Notes: a model not told the origin generated them from the sequence alone. DNA of 64,000 bases from an uncultured Holophagales bacterium (GCA_963842525.1 CAWJGT010000009.1:1472001-1536000); one strand, 5' to 3'; shown: positions 1-14,010, counted from the stretch's first letter. Numbers and translations: made by a program.

Positions 1-420
1 CGGCTGGCCGCCGAAGCGGACCTCGTCGAGGGCGCGCTGGAGCAGCGGATCGAAGGTCGTGGTGACGAACAGCTTGAGCGGCCGGATGCGCGCGAGCTGG
101 AGGAGCGCCTCGGGAGGACGGACCTCCTCCGGCCCCGGCATCACCGACTTCAGGGCCGGATAGATGTCCTCCAGCTCACCCCCCTGGGTGAGGAAGCGGG
201 AAGCGACCTCGTGGAGCGAGCCCGTGGCGGGCAACCCGTCGACGGGCACCTCCAGATACGCCGCCAGGCGCTCCGCCAGCAGGGACTCGAGCGGCAGCCG
301 GCGTCCCTCCGCCTCGACGATCAGCAGGTCCGGCCCGATGACGGGCACGACCCGTCCCTCCTCGATGACTTGTAGGAGCTGATCCCAGAAACGCGGGCCT
401 TCACCTGCTGGAGGCGGCAT
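1..420 (-). CDS. SIR2-like domain protein, 5' part only (runs off left edge); tandem paralog of 460..1842
   Basis: Not in the ORF track. Manual translation from ATG at 420 gives MPPPAGEGPRFWDQLLQVIEEGRVVPVIGPDLL...GGELEDIY...LFVTTTFDPLLQRALDEVRFGGQP, colinear with the N-terminus of the neighbouring SIR2-TIR protein. Confidence 0.85.
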   Translation of the reverse strand, partial: MPPPAGEGPRFWDQLLQVIEEGRVVPVIGPDLLIVEAEGRRLPLESLLAERLAAYLEVPVDGLPATGSLHEVASRFLTQGGELEDIYPALKSVMPGPEEVRPPEALLQLARIRPLKLFVTTTFDPLLQRALDEVRFGGQP

Positions 421-459
421 GGCGAGTTTCAGAGAGGCTATGCAACGGGGGAGTGGTTG

Positions 460-1841
460 TCAACGCGGGCCGAGGGTGCGCTGGTACTCCCGGAAAAGCT
501 CCCGCAGCGCCCCGACGAGGCCGGGGTTGGGCTGGCCCGGCTGCAGCCGCTCCCAGTGCAGGCGCCGGAAGCGCTCCGGCAGGGCCGGGTCGGCCGGCGA
601 AGTGTCGTCGAGGACGACCGGGACGATGAAGCGCAGGGTCGGCGGCACCTGGACCGCCACCTTCTCGGCGTGATCCCACTCCACCCGGAAGAAGCGGCGC
701 CGCGAGGTCAAGGTGCTGCGGGAGAGGATGGGGACGAAGAGGGAGCAGCTCTCGATGTTGCGCCTGATCTTGGCCTCGTAGTCGTCCCCCCCAATGAGCT
801 CGTTCCGGTCGAACCAGACGTCCACGCCGGCGCGTTCGAGCTCCTCCTTGAAGGTCTCGACCTGCGGACGATCCTCGCTGGCGTAGCTCAGGAAGACGGC
901 GCCGGGCTCCATCTCCAGGGGGCCTCTGGGGGGCACCGGCGTGGGCTCCGGAGTCTCGGTGTGCGGGTGCCGTTCGTGCCAGCGGCGGTGCAGCTCGGCG
1001 ACGAAGTCGGCGGCACCGCCCCCCTGGAAAATCTTGGTGCGCGAGCTGAAGCGCTGGAGGAAGGCGACGAGCGCCGGATCGCCCCGCGTGTGCTCGTCGG
1101 CGACGACGTCGGTCTTGCCGCGGGCGAGCCCCAGGCGCTCGCGCCGGGCGAGGCGCAGGAAGAAGCGGGCCAGCCAGTCGGGGAAGGAGCTGCCGAGGAG
1201 CAGGAGCTGGCGGCGGCCGAGCTCGTCGAGGAGGCGTTCGGGCTGCCGGTCCTTGGATTGCAGCGAATGGACGAACTCCAGCGTGTCCTCTTCGGTGACG
1301 GCGTAGTCGGGCACGGCGGAGAGCCGGCCGAAGAGGTGGAACACGGCCGGCCGGTCCATGGCGTCGAGCGGCTGGTCGAGGTCCTCCACGGCGTTGGGGG
1401 AGTAGGAGAACACCCGCGTCCGCGGCTGGCCGTCGAAGCGCACCTCGTCGAGGGCCTGCTGGAGCAGCGGATCGAAGGTGGTGGTGACGAACAGCCCGAG
1501 CGGGCGGATGCCGGCGAGCTGGAGGAGGGGCTCCGGAAGCGGCAGCCGCTCGCGCGGCGGGAAGATCGACTTGAGCGCGGAGTAGATGTCCTCCAGCTCA
1601 CCCCCCTGGGCCAGGTAGCGGCAGGCGACCTCGTGGAGAGGCCGCTCCTCAGGGAGCCCATCGGCGGACGTGTCGAGATACTTTGCCAGGCGCTCTGCCA
1701 GATAGGAGTCGAGGCGCGTCCGTTGCCCGTCCACCTCGACGACCAGGAGGTCCTGCCCGACGATGGGGATCACCCGCCGTTCCTCGATGAACTGGAGGAG
1801 CTGGTCCCAGAAGCGGGGGCCTTCTGTGCCCGGAACGGCCA

Positions 1842-1842
<1 letters not shown>
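460..1842 (-). CDS. SIR2-like (SIR2_2-type) + C-terminal TIR domain protein
   Basis: ATG at 1842 overlaps the upstream stop (TGATG). SIR2-like motifs: VIPIVG, FVTTTFD, VFHLFG, LLLLGSSFPDWLARF. TIR motifs: VFLSYASED, VWFD...GGDDY, FVPILS, FFRVEW, FIVPVVLD. Confidence 0.85.
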
Positions 1843-6024
<4,182 letters not shown>

Positions 6025-6192
6025 GGCTCGGACCGGCTGCGCGAGAACCAGAGGTCCCCGCCTTGGAGGAGGCGCGCGGACACCCTCTCTCGTTACACCG
6101 GGGCTCCCCGAAGCTACGCCCGGGTCATCTGCCTGTCAATTGGCTGCTATCCAGGCAACCTACCCCAAAGGATGGAAAGGATGGCTTGGGGC

Positions 6193-6221
6193 TGGACATC
6201 CGCGGCAAAGTGGACTAAGCT
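6193..6221 (+). promoter_or_regulatory. Sigma70-like promoter of the cys operon
   Basis: TGGACA (6193-6198), a 17-nt spacer and TAAGCT (6216-6221). Confidence 0.6.
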
Positions 6222-6229
6222 ACTCACAA

Positions 6230-6298
6230 ATGTACCGCTTCCCACAGTCCCGGCCCGGCGTTCTCGCCCAACTCCCTTCCTGCTGCACCTGTAGCTAG
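6230..6298 (+). CDS. Putative Cys-rich leader peptide MYRFPQSRPGVLAQLPSCCTCS
   Basis: The ATG lies 8 nt after the -10 box. Three Cys codons fall in the last five codons. It sits upstream of sulfite reductase and overlaps alternative hairpins. Confidence 0.6.
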   Translation: MYRFPQSRPGVLAQLPSCCTCS

Positions 6299-6469
6299 CG
6301 GGTGGGGGCGGCTCAGCCGCTCGCATCCGCCGATTCCGACCCACAAGCATCCGCCGGAGCCCGCGATCGCTGATCGCCGCTCCTGACGACGGAACAGGAC
6401 GCCGACGGCCCCGCATGGCCCCGTCCGGGCGCCGTGGGGCCGCTGTGTCTTCACGAGAGAGGCGGCTAC

Positions 6470-8119
6470 ATGGGCAGCATCCGAGGAGTCCCGGAATCCG
6501 AGATCAACTGGGACCTCGTGCGCAAACGCAACTCGGTCGAGCGGCTGAAGCACGAGAAGGGCGGGCTCGAGGTGATCCACGACCTGCCGGCCATGATCGC
6601 GGCCGGGTACGAGGCCGTGCCGGAAGAGGATTTCGTGCGGATGCAGTGGTATGGCCTCTACCACGACAAGCCCAAGCTCGGCCATTTCATGATGCGGGTG
6701 AAGATCCCGGGCGGCTTCCTGACTCCTCACAAGCTGCGGGTGATCGGCGAGATTTCGGAGCAGTACGGCCGCGGCCACGGCGAGCTGACGACGCGCCAGA
6801 ACATCCAGCTCCACTGGCTGGAGCTGGCGAAGCTGCCCGCGGTGCTGGAGACGCTGGAGAGGGCCGGCCTGACCACGGCCGGCGGCTGCGGCGACAACGT
6901 GCGCAACATCACGAGCTGCCCGGTCGCCGGGATCGCCCGCGACGAGCTGTTCAACGTGCGGCCGCTCCTCGCCGAGGCGGCCGATTTCTTCATCCAGAAC
7001 CGCGAGTACACCGACCTCCCGCGCAAGCACAAGATCACGGTCGCGGCCTGCCCCGGGCAGTGCAACGCGCCGGAAATCCACTGCATCGCTCTCATCGGAG
7101 ACCTCCGTGAAGGCCGGCCGGGGTTCGCGGTGCGCGTCGGCGGCGGGCTCGCCACCTGGCCGCGGCTGGCCGACGACCTTGGTGTGTGGGTGCCTCTCGA
7201 CGAGGCGCTGCAGGTGCTGCGGGCGATCGTGGACGTCTGGCGCGAGGACCTCCGGTACCGCCTCTCGCGTACCCGGGCGCGGCTCAAGTTCATGGTCCAC
7301 GACACCGGGGCCGAGGCCTTCCGGGCCAAGGTGGAGGAGCGGCTCGGCCGGCGCCTGCCCGACGGAGTGGTCCCCGCGCCTCCCGCCGAGGAGCACGACC
7401 ACACCGGCGTCCATCCGCAGTCCCAGGACGGGCTCTTCTATGCAGGCTTTCCGGTCTACCTCGGCCTGATGAGCGGCGACCGGATGCGCGCGGTCGCCAA
7501 CCTCGCGGAGTCCTTCGGCGGCGAGATCCGCCTGACGCGGCGGCAGAACTTCCTGCTGAGCGGCATCCCGGGCGAGCGCGTGGACGAGGTGGTCCGCCGG
7601 GTGGGCGATCTCGGGTTTCCGATCGACGCCGGCCGCCTGCGGAGCACGAGCATCGCCTGCACGGGCGACCCCTTCTGCAACTTCACGGTCGCCGAGACCA
7701 AGGGGCGGCTCCAGGACATCGTGGAGCACCTGGAGCGGACCTTCGGAGAGGCGGCGGCTTCGCTGCGCCTCAACCTGGACGGCTGCCCCCACGCCTGCGC
7801 CCACCACTGGATCGGCGACATCGGCCTCCAGGGCACGACCCTGCGCGAGCGCGGCGTTGACGGCGAGCGGGTGCAGGGCTACGACCTCTTCCTGCGCGGC
7901 GGCCTGGCTCGCGATGCAGCCATCGGCCGGCCGGTCCTCAAGCGTGTGGCGGGGACGGAGGTCCACGAAGTCATCGAACGGCTCGTCGGAGCCTGGCTGG
8001 ACGGCCGGAGCAACGGCGAATCGATCCAACAGTTTTTTACCCGCCATACCGACGAGGAGCTCAACGCGATCGGTCTGGGCCAGGGATTTCCTGTCAGAGA
8101 GGTCGAACAGCATGCTTGA
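6470..8119 (+). CDS. sir: Siroheme/[4Fe-4S] sulfite (nitrite/sulfite) reductase
   Basis: Motifs FMMRVKIPGG, LTTRQNIQLH, GDNVRN and LPRKHK; cluster ligands CTGDPFC and GCPHAC; adjacent to cysH and siroheme genes. Confidence 0.92.
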   Translation: MGSIRGVPESEINWDLVRKRNSVERLKHEKGGLEVIHDLPAMIAAGYEAVPEEDFVRMQWYGLYHDKPKLGHFMMRVKIPGGFLTPHKLRVIGEISEQYGRGHGELTTRQNIQLHWLELAKLPAVLETLERAGLTTAGGCGDNVRNITSCPVAGIARDELFNVRPLLAEAADFFIQNREYTDLPRKHKITVAACPGQCNAPEIHCIALIGDLREGRPGFAVRVGGGLATWPRLADDLGVWVPLDEALQVLRAIVDVWREDLRYRLSRTRARLKFMVHDTGAEAFRAKVEERLGRRLPDGVVPAPPAEEHDHTGVHPQSQDGLFYAGFPVYLGLMSGDRMRAVANLAESFGGEIRLTRRQNFLLSGIPGERVDEVVRRVGDLGFPIDAGRLRSTSIACTGDPFCNFTVAETKGRLQDIVEHLERTFGEAAASLRLNLDGCPHACAHHWIGDIGLQGTTLRERGVDGERVQGYDLFLRGGLARDAAIGRPVLKRVAGTEVHEVIERLVGAWLDGRSNGESIQQFFTRHTDEELNAIGLGQGFPVREVEQHA

Positions 8120-8939
8120 CGCAATTTCCTATCACCGGGATGAACGCGACCTGCTGGACGAATTCGAGGCCGGCCAGATCGCGGTGGAGCTCGACTTCGC
8201 CACGCCCCAGGAGGTCCTCGAATGGACCCTCGACCGCTGGGGAGGGAAGGCGGCGCTCTGCACCAGCTTCCAGGCCGAGGGCATGGCCCTCCTCGACATG
8301 GCCTGGCGGATCGATCCCAACGTCCGCGTCTTCACCGTCGACACCGGCCGGCTGCCGCAGGAGACCTACGAGGTGATGGAGACGGTCCGTGCGCGGTACG
8401 GGCTCGCCGTGGAGGTCTTCTTCCCCGACGCGCGGCAGGTGGAGACGATGGTGAACCGCCAGGGGCCGGACCTCTTCCGGCGCTCGGTGCCGGCGCGCCT
8501 CCTCTGCTGCAAGGTGCGCAAGGTCGAGCCGATCCGCCGAGCTCTTGAAGGGCTCGATGCCTGGGTCACCGGTCTGCGCCGTGAGCAGTGGGCGAGCCGG
8601 GCCAACATCCGCAAGGTGGAGATCGATCACGAGCACGGCGGCCTCGCCAAGATCAATCCGCTGGCGGACTGGACGCAGGAGGAAGTCTGGGACTACATCC
8701 GCGACAATGAGGTCCCGGTCCATCCGCTGTATGAGAAAGGTTTTACGAGCATCGGCTGCGCCCCCTGCACGCGGGCCACGGCTCCTGGGGAGGATGCACG
8801 GGCCGGCCGCTGGTGGTGGGAAACCAACGCGCCCAAGGAGTGCGGCATCCACTGCCCGCTGGAGACCGGCGGCTTCGAGCACGAGGTCGAAGCGATCCTC
8901 CACCGCGGAGCGCTCCATGTGGTGGGAGGAAAGCCGTGA
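8112..8939 (+). CDS. cysH: Adenylylsulfate (APS/PAPS) reductase, Fe-S type
   Basis: Motifs DTGRL..ETY, CCKVRKVEP, WVTGLRREQ, SIGCAPCT, RAGRWWWE and ECGIH. Confidence 0.93.
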   Translation: MLDAISYHRDERDLLDEFEAGQIAVELDFATPQEVLEWTLDRWGGKAALCTSFQAEGMALLDMAWRIDPNVRVFTVDTGRLPQETYEVMETVRARYGLAVEVFFPDARQVETMVNRQGPDLFRRSVPARLLCCKVRKVEPIRRALEGLDAWVTGLRREQWASRANIRKVEIDHEHGGLAKINPLADWTQEEVWDYIRDNEVPVHPLYEKGFTSIGCAPCTRATAPGEDARAGRWWWETNAPKECGIHCPLETGGFEHEVEAILHRGALHVVGGKP

Positions 8940-9394
8940 GTGCCGCTGTCGAAATCGATCAGGACCTGGGCGAGGTCCTGCTGGCCGAGATCGAAGGGGT
9001 TCTGGCGACGGTGCGCGAGCCGCAGGTGCGGGCTTCCTATGAGGAGCTTGCCGGCGCCGTGGCCGGGGGGACGGTGGAAGAAGGTCTGTTTGGGCCGCTG
9101 GAGCTCCTCGTCGAGATGTCGCTCCAGACCGGCCGTGCGCGCCGGCTCCATGGCGCCGACAGCGAGCGGGCCCTGTTGCGGTTGTTCCATCGCACTCCGC
9201 GGGGGGCTGCGGCGCGGCGGGCCACCGAGGCGGTCAATGAGGCTCTGCGGACGCTCGCGGGCCAGTCCCTGGAGGAAGCGCTCTTCACGGTCCAGGCGCC
9301 CGGCGTCTTCCGGCTGGGGCTGTGCACCGATCATGTCCGGTTGGCGTTGGAGATCGATCGCCACGGGGTCTCAGTAGAAAGCCTGGAGGTCTGA
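8936..9394 (+). CDS. Hypothetical protein in cys operon
   Basis: GTG start overlaps the cysH stop (GTGA); it ends 1 nt before the next gene and has typical codon bias. Confidence 0.7.
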   Translation: MSAAVEIDQDLGEVLLAEIEGVLATVREPQVRASYEELAGAVAGGTVEEGLFGPLELLVEMSLQTGRARRLHGADSERALLRLFHRTPRGAAARRATEAVNEALRTLAGQSLEEALFTVQAPGVFRLGLCTDHVRLALEIDRHGVSVESLEV

Positions 9395-9395
9395 C

Positions 9396-10031
9396 GTGCA
9401 GCCCTATCCGGTGTTTCTTGACCTCCGGCAGCGCTCCTGCGTGGTGATTGGTGGCGGTGCCCTGGCAGAGGAGAAGGTGCGGGGGTTGCTCGCGGCCGGG
9501 GCGGAGGTGATTGTCATCGCTCCCGGGCTGCCGCAGGGTTTGGCGGAGCTGGTGGGGGAGGGGCGGATCCTCCACAGGCCGCGCTCCTACAAGCCGGGCG
9601 ATCTGGCGAATGCGGTCCTTGTTGTCGTCTGCGGTGAGCCGGCCGCGATCGTCGAGGCGGTCTGGCAGGAGGCGCAGCGCCGCAACGTCCTGGTGAACAC
9701 GGTGGACGACCTGGCTCACTGCGGCTTCCTGGCTCCCTCGGTGGTACGGCGCGGGGACCTGTCCGTCGCCATCTCGACGAACGGCAAGGCTCCGGCCCTG
9801 GCGGTGCGGCTGCGGCAGCGTCTCGAGCGCGAGTTGGGGGAGGAATACGGCCGCTTCCTGGCGCTCGCGGGATCGGTGCGGTCCCGGCTGGCCGCGCGCA
9901 AGCCGGATTTCGGCGAACGGCGGGAGCTCTGGTACCGGCTGGTGGACTCGGACGTGCTCGATCTGCTGCGAGAAGGGGAGGATGAGGCGGCGCGGGTCCG
10001 TTTCGCCGAGATCCTGGGAGTCGCGCCATGA
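9396..10031 (+). CDS. Precorrin-2 dehydrogenase / sirohydrochlorin ferrochelatase (CysG N-terminal/SirC type)
   Basis: Motifs YPVFLDL, VIGGGALA..K, VNTVDD..CGF..P and AISTNGKAPALA. Confidence 0.9.
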   Translation: MQPYPVFLDLRQRSCVVIGGGALAEEKVRGLLAAGAEVIVIAPGLPQGLAELVGEGRILHRPRSYKPGDLANAVLVVVCGEPAAIVEAVWQEAQRRNVLVNTVDDLAHCGFLAPSVVRRGDLSVAISTNGKAPALAVRLRQRLERELGEEYGRFLALAGSVRSRLAARKPDFGERRELWYRLVDSDVLDLLREGEDEAARVRFAEILGVAP

Positions 10032-10855
10032 AGGGCATCGTCTACCTGGTCGGCGCCGGGCCTGGCGATCCGGATCTGATGACGGTGCGCGGCATGGCCT
10101 GCCTGCGGCGGGCCGAGGTGGTGGTCTACGACCGGCTGGTGAGCCCCGAGCTGCTGGCCGAGGCGCCGGAGGATGCCGAGCTGGTCTATGCCGGCAAGGC
10201 ACCGGGGTGCCATTCCTGCCAGCAGGAGGAGATCAACGACCTCCTGGTACATCATGCGCGGCAGGGCAAGGTCGTGGTGCGCCTCAAGGGAGGCGATCCG
10301 TTCCTCTTCGGGCGCGGCGCCGAGGAAGTGCTCGCCTGCGCCGAGGCCGGTGTCCGCTGCGAGGTTGTTCCCGGCGTCACCAGCGCCACGAGCGTGCCCG
10401 CCCTCGCCGGCATCCCGGTGACGCACCGGGGGATCGCCGCGAGCGTCGCAGTGGTCACCGGGCACTGCAATGGCCTCGACCGGGTCGACTGGGAGGCCAT
10501 GGCGCGGGTCGACACCCTGGTCGTCCTGATGGGGCTATCCCGGCTCGCCGAAATCGCGGCTCTCCTCCAACGGCACGGCCGGGCATCGGACACCCCGGCA
10601 GCCGTGATCTCGCAGGGCAGCCTCCCCGGCGAACGGGTGGTTGTCTCCATCCTAGAGGACATCGCGGAGCGAACGGCCGAAGCCGGTCTCGCAGCGCCGG
10701 CCCTCCTGGTGGTCGGAGAGGTGGTGCGCCTGCGGGAAGATCTCGCGCCTCCGGCGCCGCGGTGGGCCCGCTGGGACCGGGTGGAGGGATATGGTGTGGG
10801 AGCGCCTCTTGCCTGGGGCGGGTGGGTGGATGTGGTGGAAGAGGGGTGGGGGTGA
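10028..10855 (+). CDS. cobA: Uroporphyrinogen-III C-methyltransferase
   Basis: Motifs [42 protein letters not shown] and GIPVTHRG. Confidence 0.93.
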   Translation: MKGIVYLVGAGPGDPDLMTVRGMACLRRAEVVVYDRLVSPELLAEAPEDAELVYAGKAPGCHSCQQEEINDLLVHHARQGKVVVRLKGGDPFLFGRGAEEVLACAEAGVRCEVVPGVTSATSVPALAGIPVTHRGIAASVAVVTGHCNGLDRVDWEAMARVDTLVVLMGLSRLAEIAALLQRHGRASDTPAAVISQGSLPGERVVVSILEDIAERTAEAGLAAPALLVVGEVVRLREDLAPPAPRWARWDRVEGYGVGAPLAWGGWVDVVEEGWG

Positions 10856-10862
10856 GGCGCCC

Positions 10863-10981
10863 GCTCGCCCAGGGTTCACACCCTGGGCTACCCAGTTCCG
10901 CCCTCCGGGCTCTGGAAACCTCGGCTGTTGCGAGCCCGGAGGGCGACATTCGGTAGCCCAGGGTGTGAACCCTGGGCGAGC
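10863..10981. repeat. REP doublet (REPIN-like) long inverted repeat
   Basis: Perfect 30-bp arms GCTCGCCCAGGGTTCACACCCTGGGCTACC / GGTAGCCCAGGGTGTGAACCCTGGGCGAGC, each self-palindromic with a GTAG tetramer. Inner 14-bp inverted repeat at 10899-10912 / 10932-10945. Confidence 0.8.
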
Positions 10982-11014
10982 CCGGTCGATTACAATCAAG
11001 CCGTGTTGTCCTTC

Positions 11015-13699
11015 ATGCTTTTCCTGCTCCAGGCCGTTCTCCTCGCCCAGTCACCGCAGTCTCCGCAGTCACCCCCTCCGCCCCCCGTCGCCTCCGAGGC
11101 GAGGCTCGCGGTCGAGGTCCTCGACCCCAAGGGAGTCCCGAAGACCGATCTGAAACCGGGGGACCTCTCGGTCTCCGAGGGCGGCGAGTCCCGGCGCGTG
11201 CTCGCTGTCGAGCCGATCGGCCAGGACCGTCCCTGGCGAGTCGTGGTCTACGTCGACCGCATGCTCTCCAGCACGCGGACCATGCGCGGCGCTGGCGGTG
11301 CTCTGGCCGCGCAGGCCCGCGAGCTGGTGGCCCTGGGACCGGTCGAGCTGGTCGTTGCCGAGCCGGAGCCGCGCGTCGTCCTCGGGGCGACACGGGATGC
11401 TGCGGCGGTCGACGAGGCGCTCTCGCGGCTCTTCCTGATGGGGGAGGGACGCGACGATCTCCGAGCCCTGCGGCAGAAATTCACGGAAGAGGCCGGGTCG
11501 CCGGCCCCGGACGATCTGCAGGAGCGGATCGGCGAGGCTGTCACCGAGGAGGTCCGGCTCGCCGGCCGGCAGCAGGACTTCCTGCTGGAATGGTTGGCAG
11601 AGGGGGCCGCGGAAGGTCCCCGGGTCCTCTTCCTGGTGAGCGACGGCTTCGAGCCGGCCCCGGCGGAGTTCTACCTCGGCCGCGTGGCGAACGATGGAGC
11701 CCGCGCCGAGCTGGCCCGGGCTCTCGAGGCCGAGACCCTCCAGGGCACCGCGGAGGAGACCGCGCGAGCCGCCGCAGAGCTGGGATGGACCGTCCTGCCG
11801 CTGCCGGTCGGCGACGAGAGGCTCCCCGAGCTCAACCGGTGGCGGCCGACTCCCAGCGAGCAGGTGCCGGTCCAGATCACCGTGACCCCGGGGCGGCGCA
11901 AGAAGCCGGACGAGCCGGAGAGACCCGCTCCGCCCGTCCTGCTGCGGGCCAAGGAGCCGCTCGCCTGGCTGGCGCAGGCGACGGGCGGCGAGGTCGTGAC
12001 CTCATCGCCCATGATCGCGCCCGCCGTGGCGCGGCTGCGCTCGCGCCTGTGGCTTCGTTACGAGAGCCCGGCTCCCGCGTCCGGCGCCCAGGTGGAGGTA
12101 CGGGCCGGAAACCGGGAGCTGTCGGTCCGGGCTCCCCGCTGGGCCGGGTCCGCGGCTCCGGAAGGGGTCTCGGCCATGCGCGCACGGCGGCTCCTGGAGG
12201 GGGAGGAGCTGGAGGGCGAGCTGAAAGTCGCCGCGGTCCTCCATGTCGAGGAACCCGCGGAAGGGACGCGAACGGCGCGGCTGGAGCTGCGGCTGGCGGA
12301 GCCGTCTGCGGCTCCGGGTCCGCTGCGACTCACCCTGGCGATGCCGGCGGGGGAGTCCCGGGCCACGATCGTGCACCGCGAGCTTCCGGCCGCGGAGCGC
12401 TCCGAGGACGGGGCCTGGCGGATCGACCTTCCTCTCCCCGCGGACACCGAGCGGCTCGCTCTGCTGGTCGACGACACGGGACGGCACCTCTGGGGCGGCG
12501 AGGTCCTGGACGTGCGCCCGGAGGACGAGGCCGCCGGCGAGGACGAGATCGCGGGCGAGCACGGCGAAGCCGTCTTGCGGCCCGAGCCCCGGCGCTGGAC
12601 CGGCCGCGGGGTGCGGATCGTCCGTCCGGAAGGAGGACGGGCCGTGGGGCCGGTCGACGTCGAGGTGGAGGTGCGCCTCCCGCCGGACCGCCGTCTCGAA
12701 CGGCTGGAGATCTTCTGGAACGAGGAGCTGGCCGCGACCCTCTACGGTCCGCCGTTCCGCGAGCGGGTCACGATCCCGCCGAGCCGGCAGGTGGGCTATC
12801 TGCGGGCCGCGGCGCGGCTGGACGACGGCTCCACGGCCGAGGACGCCGTTCTCCTCAACGCCTCGGTCATGGGCGAGCGGCTGGAGGTGCGGCTCGTAGA
12901 GCTCTACGTCGTGGTGACGGACCGCGACGGCCGGCCGGTAACCGGGCTGTCGCGCAACGACTTCCGCCTCCTCCAGGACGGCCGCGAGCAGGAGATCTCG
13001 GGCTTCGACGACGCCGGGGAGTCGCCGCTGCTCCTCGGGCTCGCCTTCGACTCGTCGGCGAGCATGTTCCTCAAGCTGCCGGACGTGCAGAAGGCGGCTC
13101 GCGGGCTGCTGGCGGGCAGCCTGTCGCGCAAGGACCGCGCCCTGCTGGTGGACTTCGACACCGAGCCGCGGCTGGTGGTCGGGGCGACCGGGAACCTCTC
13201 CCAGGTCTCGGCCGGGCTGCGGGCGCTCCACGCGGACGGCGGCTCCAACCTCTTCGAGGCCGTCCTCTTCTCGCTGGAGCAGCTCGGCCGGCTCTCCGGG
13301 CGGCGCGCCCTGATCGTCTACTCGGACGGCATCGGCGAGGGGGAGAAGGGGTACCGGAGCTGCCTGCGGGCGGCTCGCAAGAGCGGCCTCCCGGTCTATC
13401 TCATCGTCACGAACACAAGGGCTGCGCGCAATGCCGGCGGCGGGCTGCTGGCCGATTTCGATTCCTATGCCGCGAAGCTGGAGCGCCTCGCCGCAGCCTC
13501 GGGAGGCCGGGCCTATTTCGTCCAGCCCAGCCAGGACCTCGGAGGGGTCTACCAGGAGATCCTCCGCGAGCTGCGCAGCCAGTACCTCCTGACCTACTAC
13601 CCCCGCGACGCCTCGCCAGAGGTCTGGAGGAAGGTGGGCGTCGAGCTCAAGAAGCGCGGCCTGCGGGCGCGGACCGTCAGCGGGTACTACGGGAAGTAG
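11015..13699 (+). CDS. Secreted VWA-domain protein (Acidobacteria VWFA-related, two VWA-like modules plus Ig-like region)
   Basis: Signal-like N-terminus; VELYVVVTDRDGRPV.GL...DF; MIDAS-like DSSASM; ALIVYSDG; ELRSQYLLTY. Confidence 0.85.
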   Translation: MLFLLQAVLLAQSPQSPQSPPPPPVASEARLAVEVLDPKGVPKTDLKPGDLSVSEGGESRRVLAVEPIGQDRPWRVVVYVDRMLSSTRTMRGAGGALAAQARELVALGPVELVVAEPEPRVVLGATRDAAAVDEALSRLFLMGEGRDDLRALRQKFTEEAGSPAPDDLQERIGEAVTEEVRLAGRQQDFLLEWLAEGAAEGPRVLFLVSDGFEPAPAEFYLGRVANDGARAELARALEAETLQGTAEETARAAAELGWTVLPLPVGDERLPELNRWRPTPSEQVPVQITVTPGRRKKPDEPERPAPPVLLRAKEPLAWLAQATGGEVVTSSPMIAPAVARLRSRLWLRYESPAPASGAQVEVRAGNRELSVRAPRWAGSAAPEGVSAMRARRLLEGEELEGELKVAAVLHVEEPAEGTRTARLELRLAEPSAAPGPLRLTLAMPAGESRATIVHRELPAAERSEDGAWRIDLPLPADTERLALLVDDTGRHLWGGEVLDVRPEDEAAGEDEIAGEHGEAVLRPEPRRWTGRGVRIVRPEGGRAVGPVDVEVEVRLPPDRRLERLEIFWNEELAATLYGPPFRERVTIPPSRQVGYLRAAARLDDGSTAEDAVLLNASVMGERLEVRLVELYVVVTDRDGRPVTGLSRNDFRLLQDGREQEISGFDDAGESPLLLGLAFDSSASMFLKLPDVQKAARGLLAGSLSRKDRALLVDFDTEPRLVVGATGNLSQVSAGLRALHADGGSNLFEAVLFSLEQLGRLSGRRALIVYSDGIGEGEKGYRSCLRAARKSGLPVYLIVTNTRAARNAGGGLLADFDSYAAKLERLAAASGGRAYFVQPSQDLGGVYQEILRELRSQYLLTYYPRDASPEVWRKVGVELKKRGLRARTVSGYYGK

Positions 13700-13719
13700 G
13701 CCTCACCAACTGGAGCAGC

Positions 13720-14010
13720 GCGTGATCGGGACCGCGGTCCGCGTGACGGGGACCACGAGGCGCGGACTGCGGACCCCGGTCCCTGTGACCGGACTCGCCG
13801 ATCCGGACCGAGCTTCGCGGTCCGCGCTGCTGGCATCACGATGCCTGTCACAGCGATCCTGGTCCGCGTCACAGGCACCGGGCTCCGGGTCACGCCCTTC
13901 GCGGTGCCCGCAACACGGACCGCGAGATCCAGACGCGCTTCGCGGTCCCAGCGACAGGGAGCACGGAGCCGGTGACAGGGGCCGCGATGCCCGGGTCCCC
14001 CTGTGATCAG
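13720..14010. repeat. Degenerate 21-nt-period intergenic repeat tract
   Basis: GTGAC/GTCAC-like cores at 13722, 13743, 13785, 13847, 13868, 13889, 13910, 13951 and 13972, spaced by 21 or multiples of 21 (plus or minus 1). Confidence 0.6.

Noticed and set aside
6030-6470. SAM riboswitch upstream of the cys operon
   Set aside because: No recognisable SAM-I/IV core; the Cys uORF explains the leader better.
6224-8113. 629-aa minus-strand ORF
   Set aside because: Antisense shadow of sulfite reductase.
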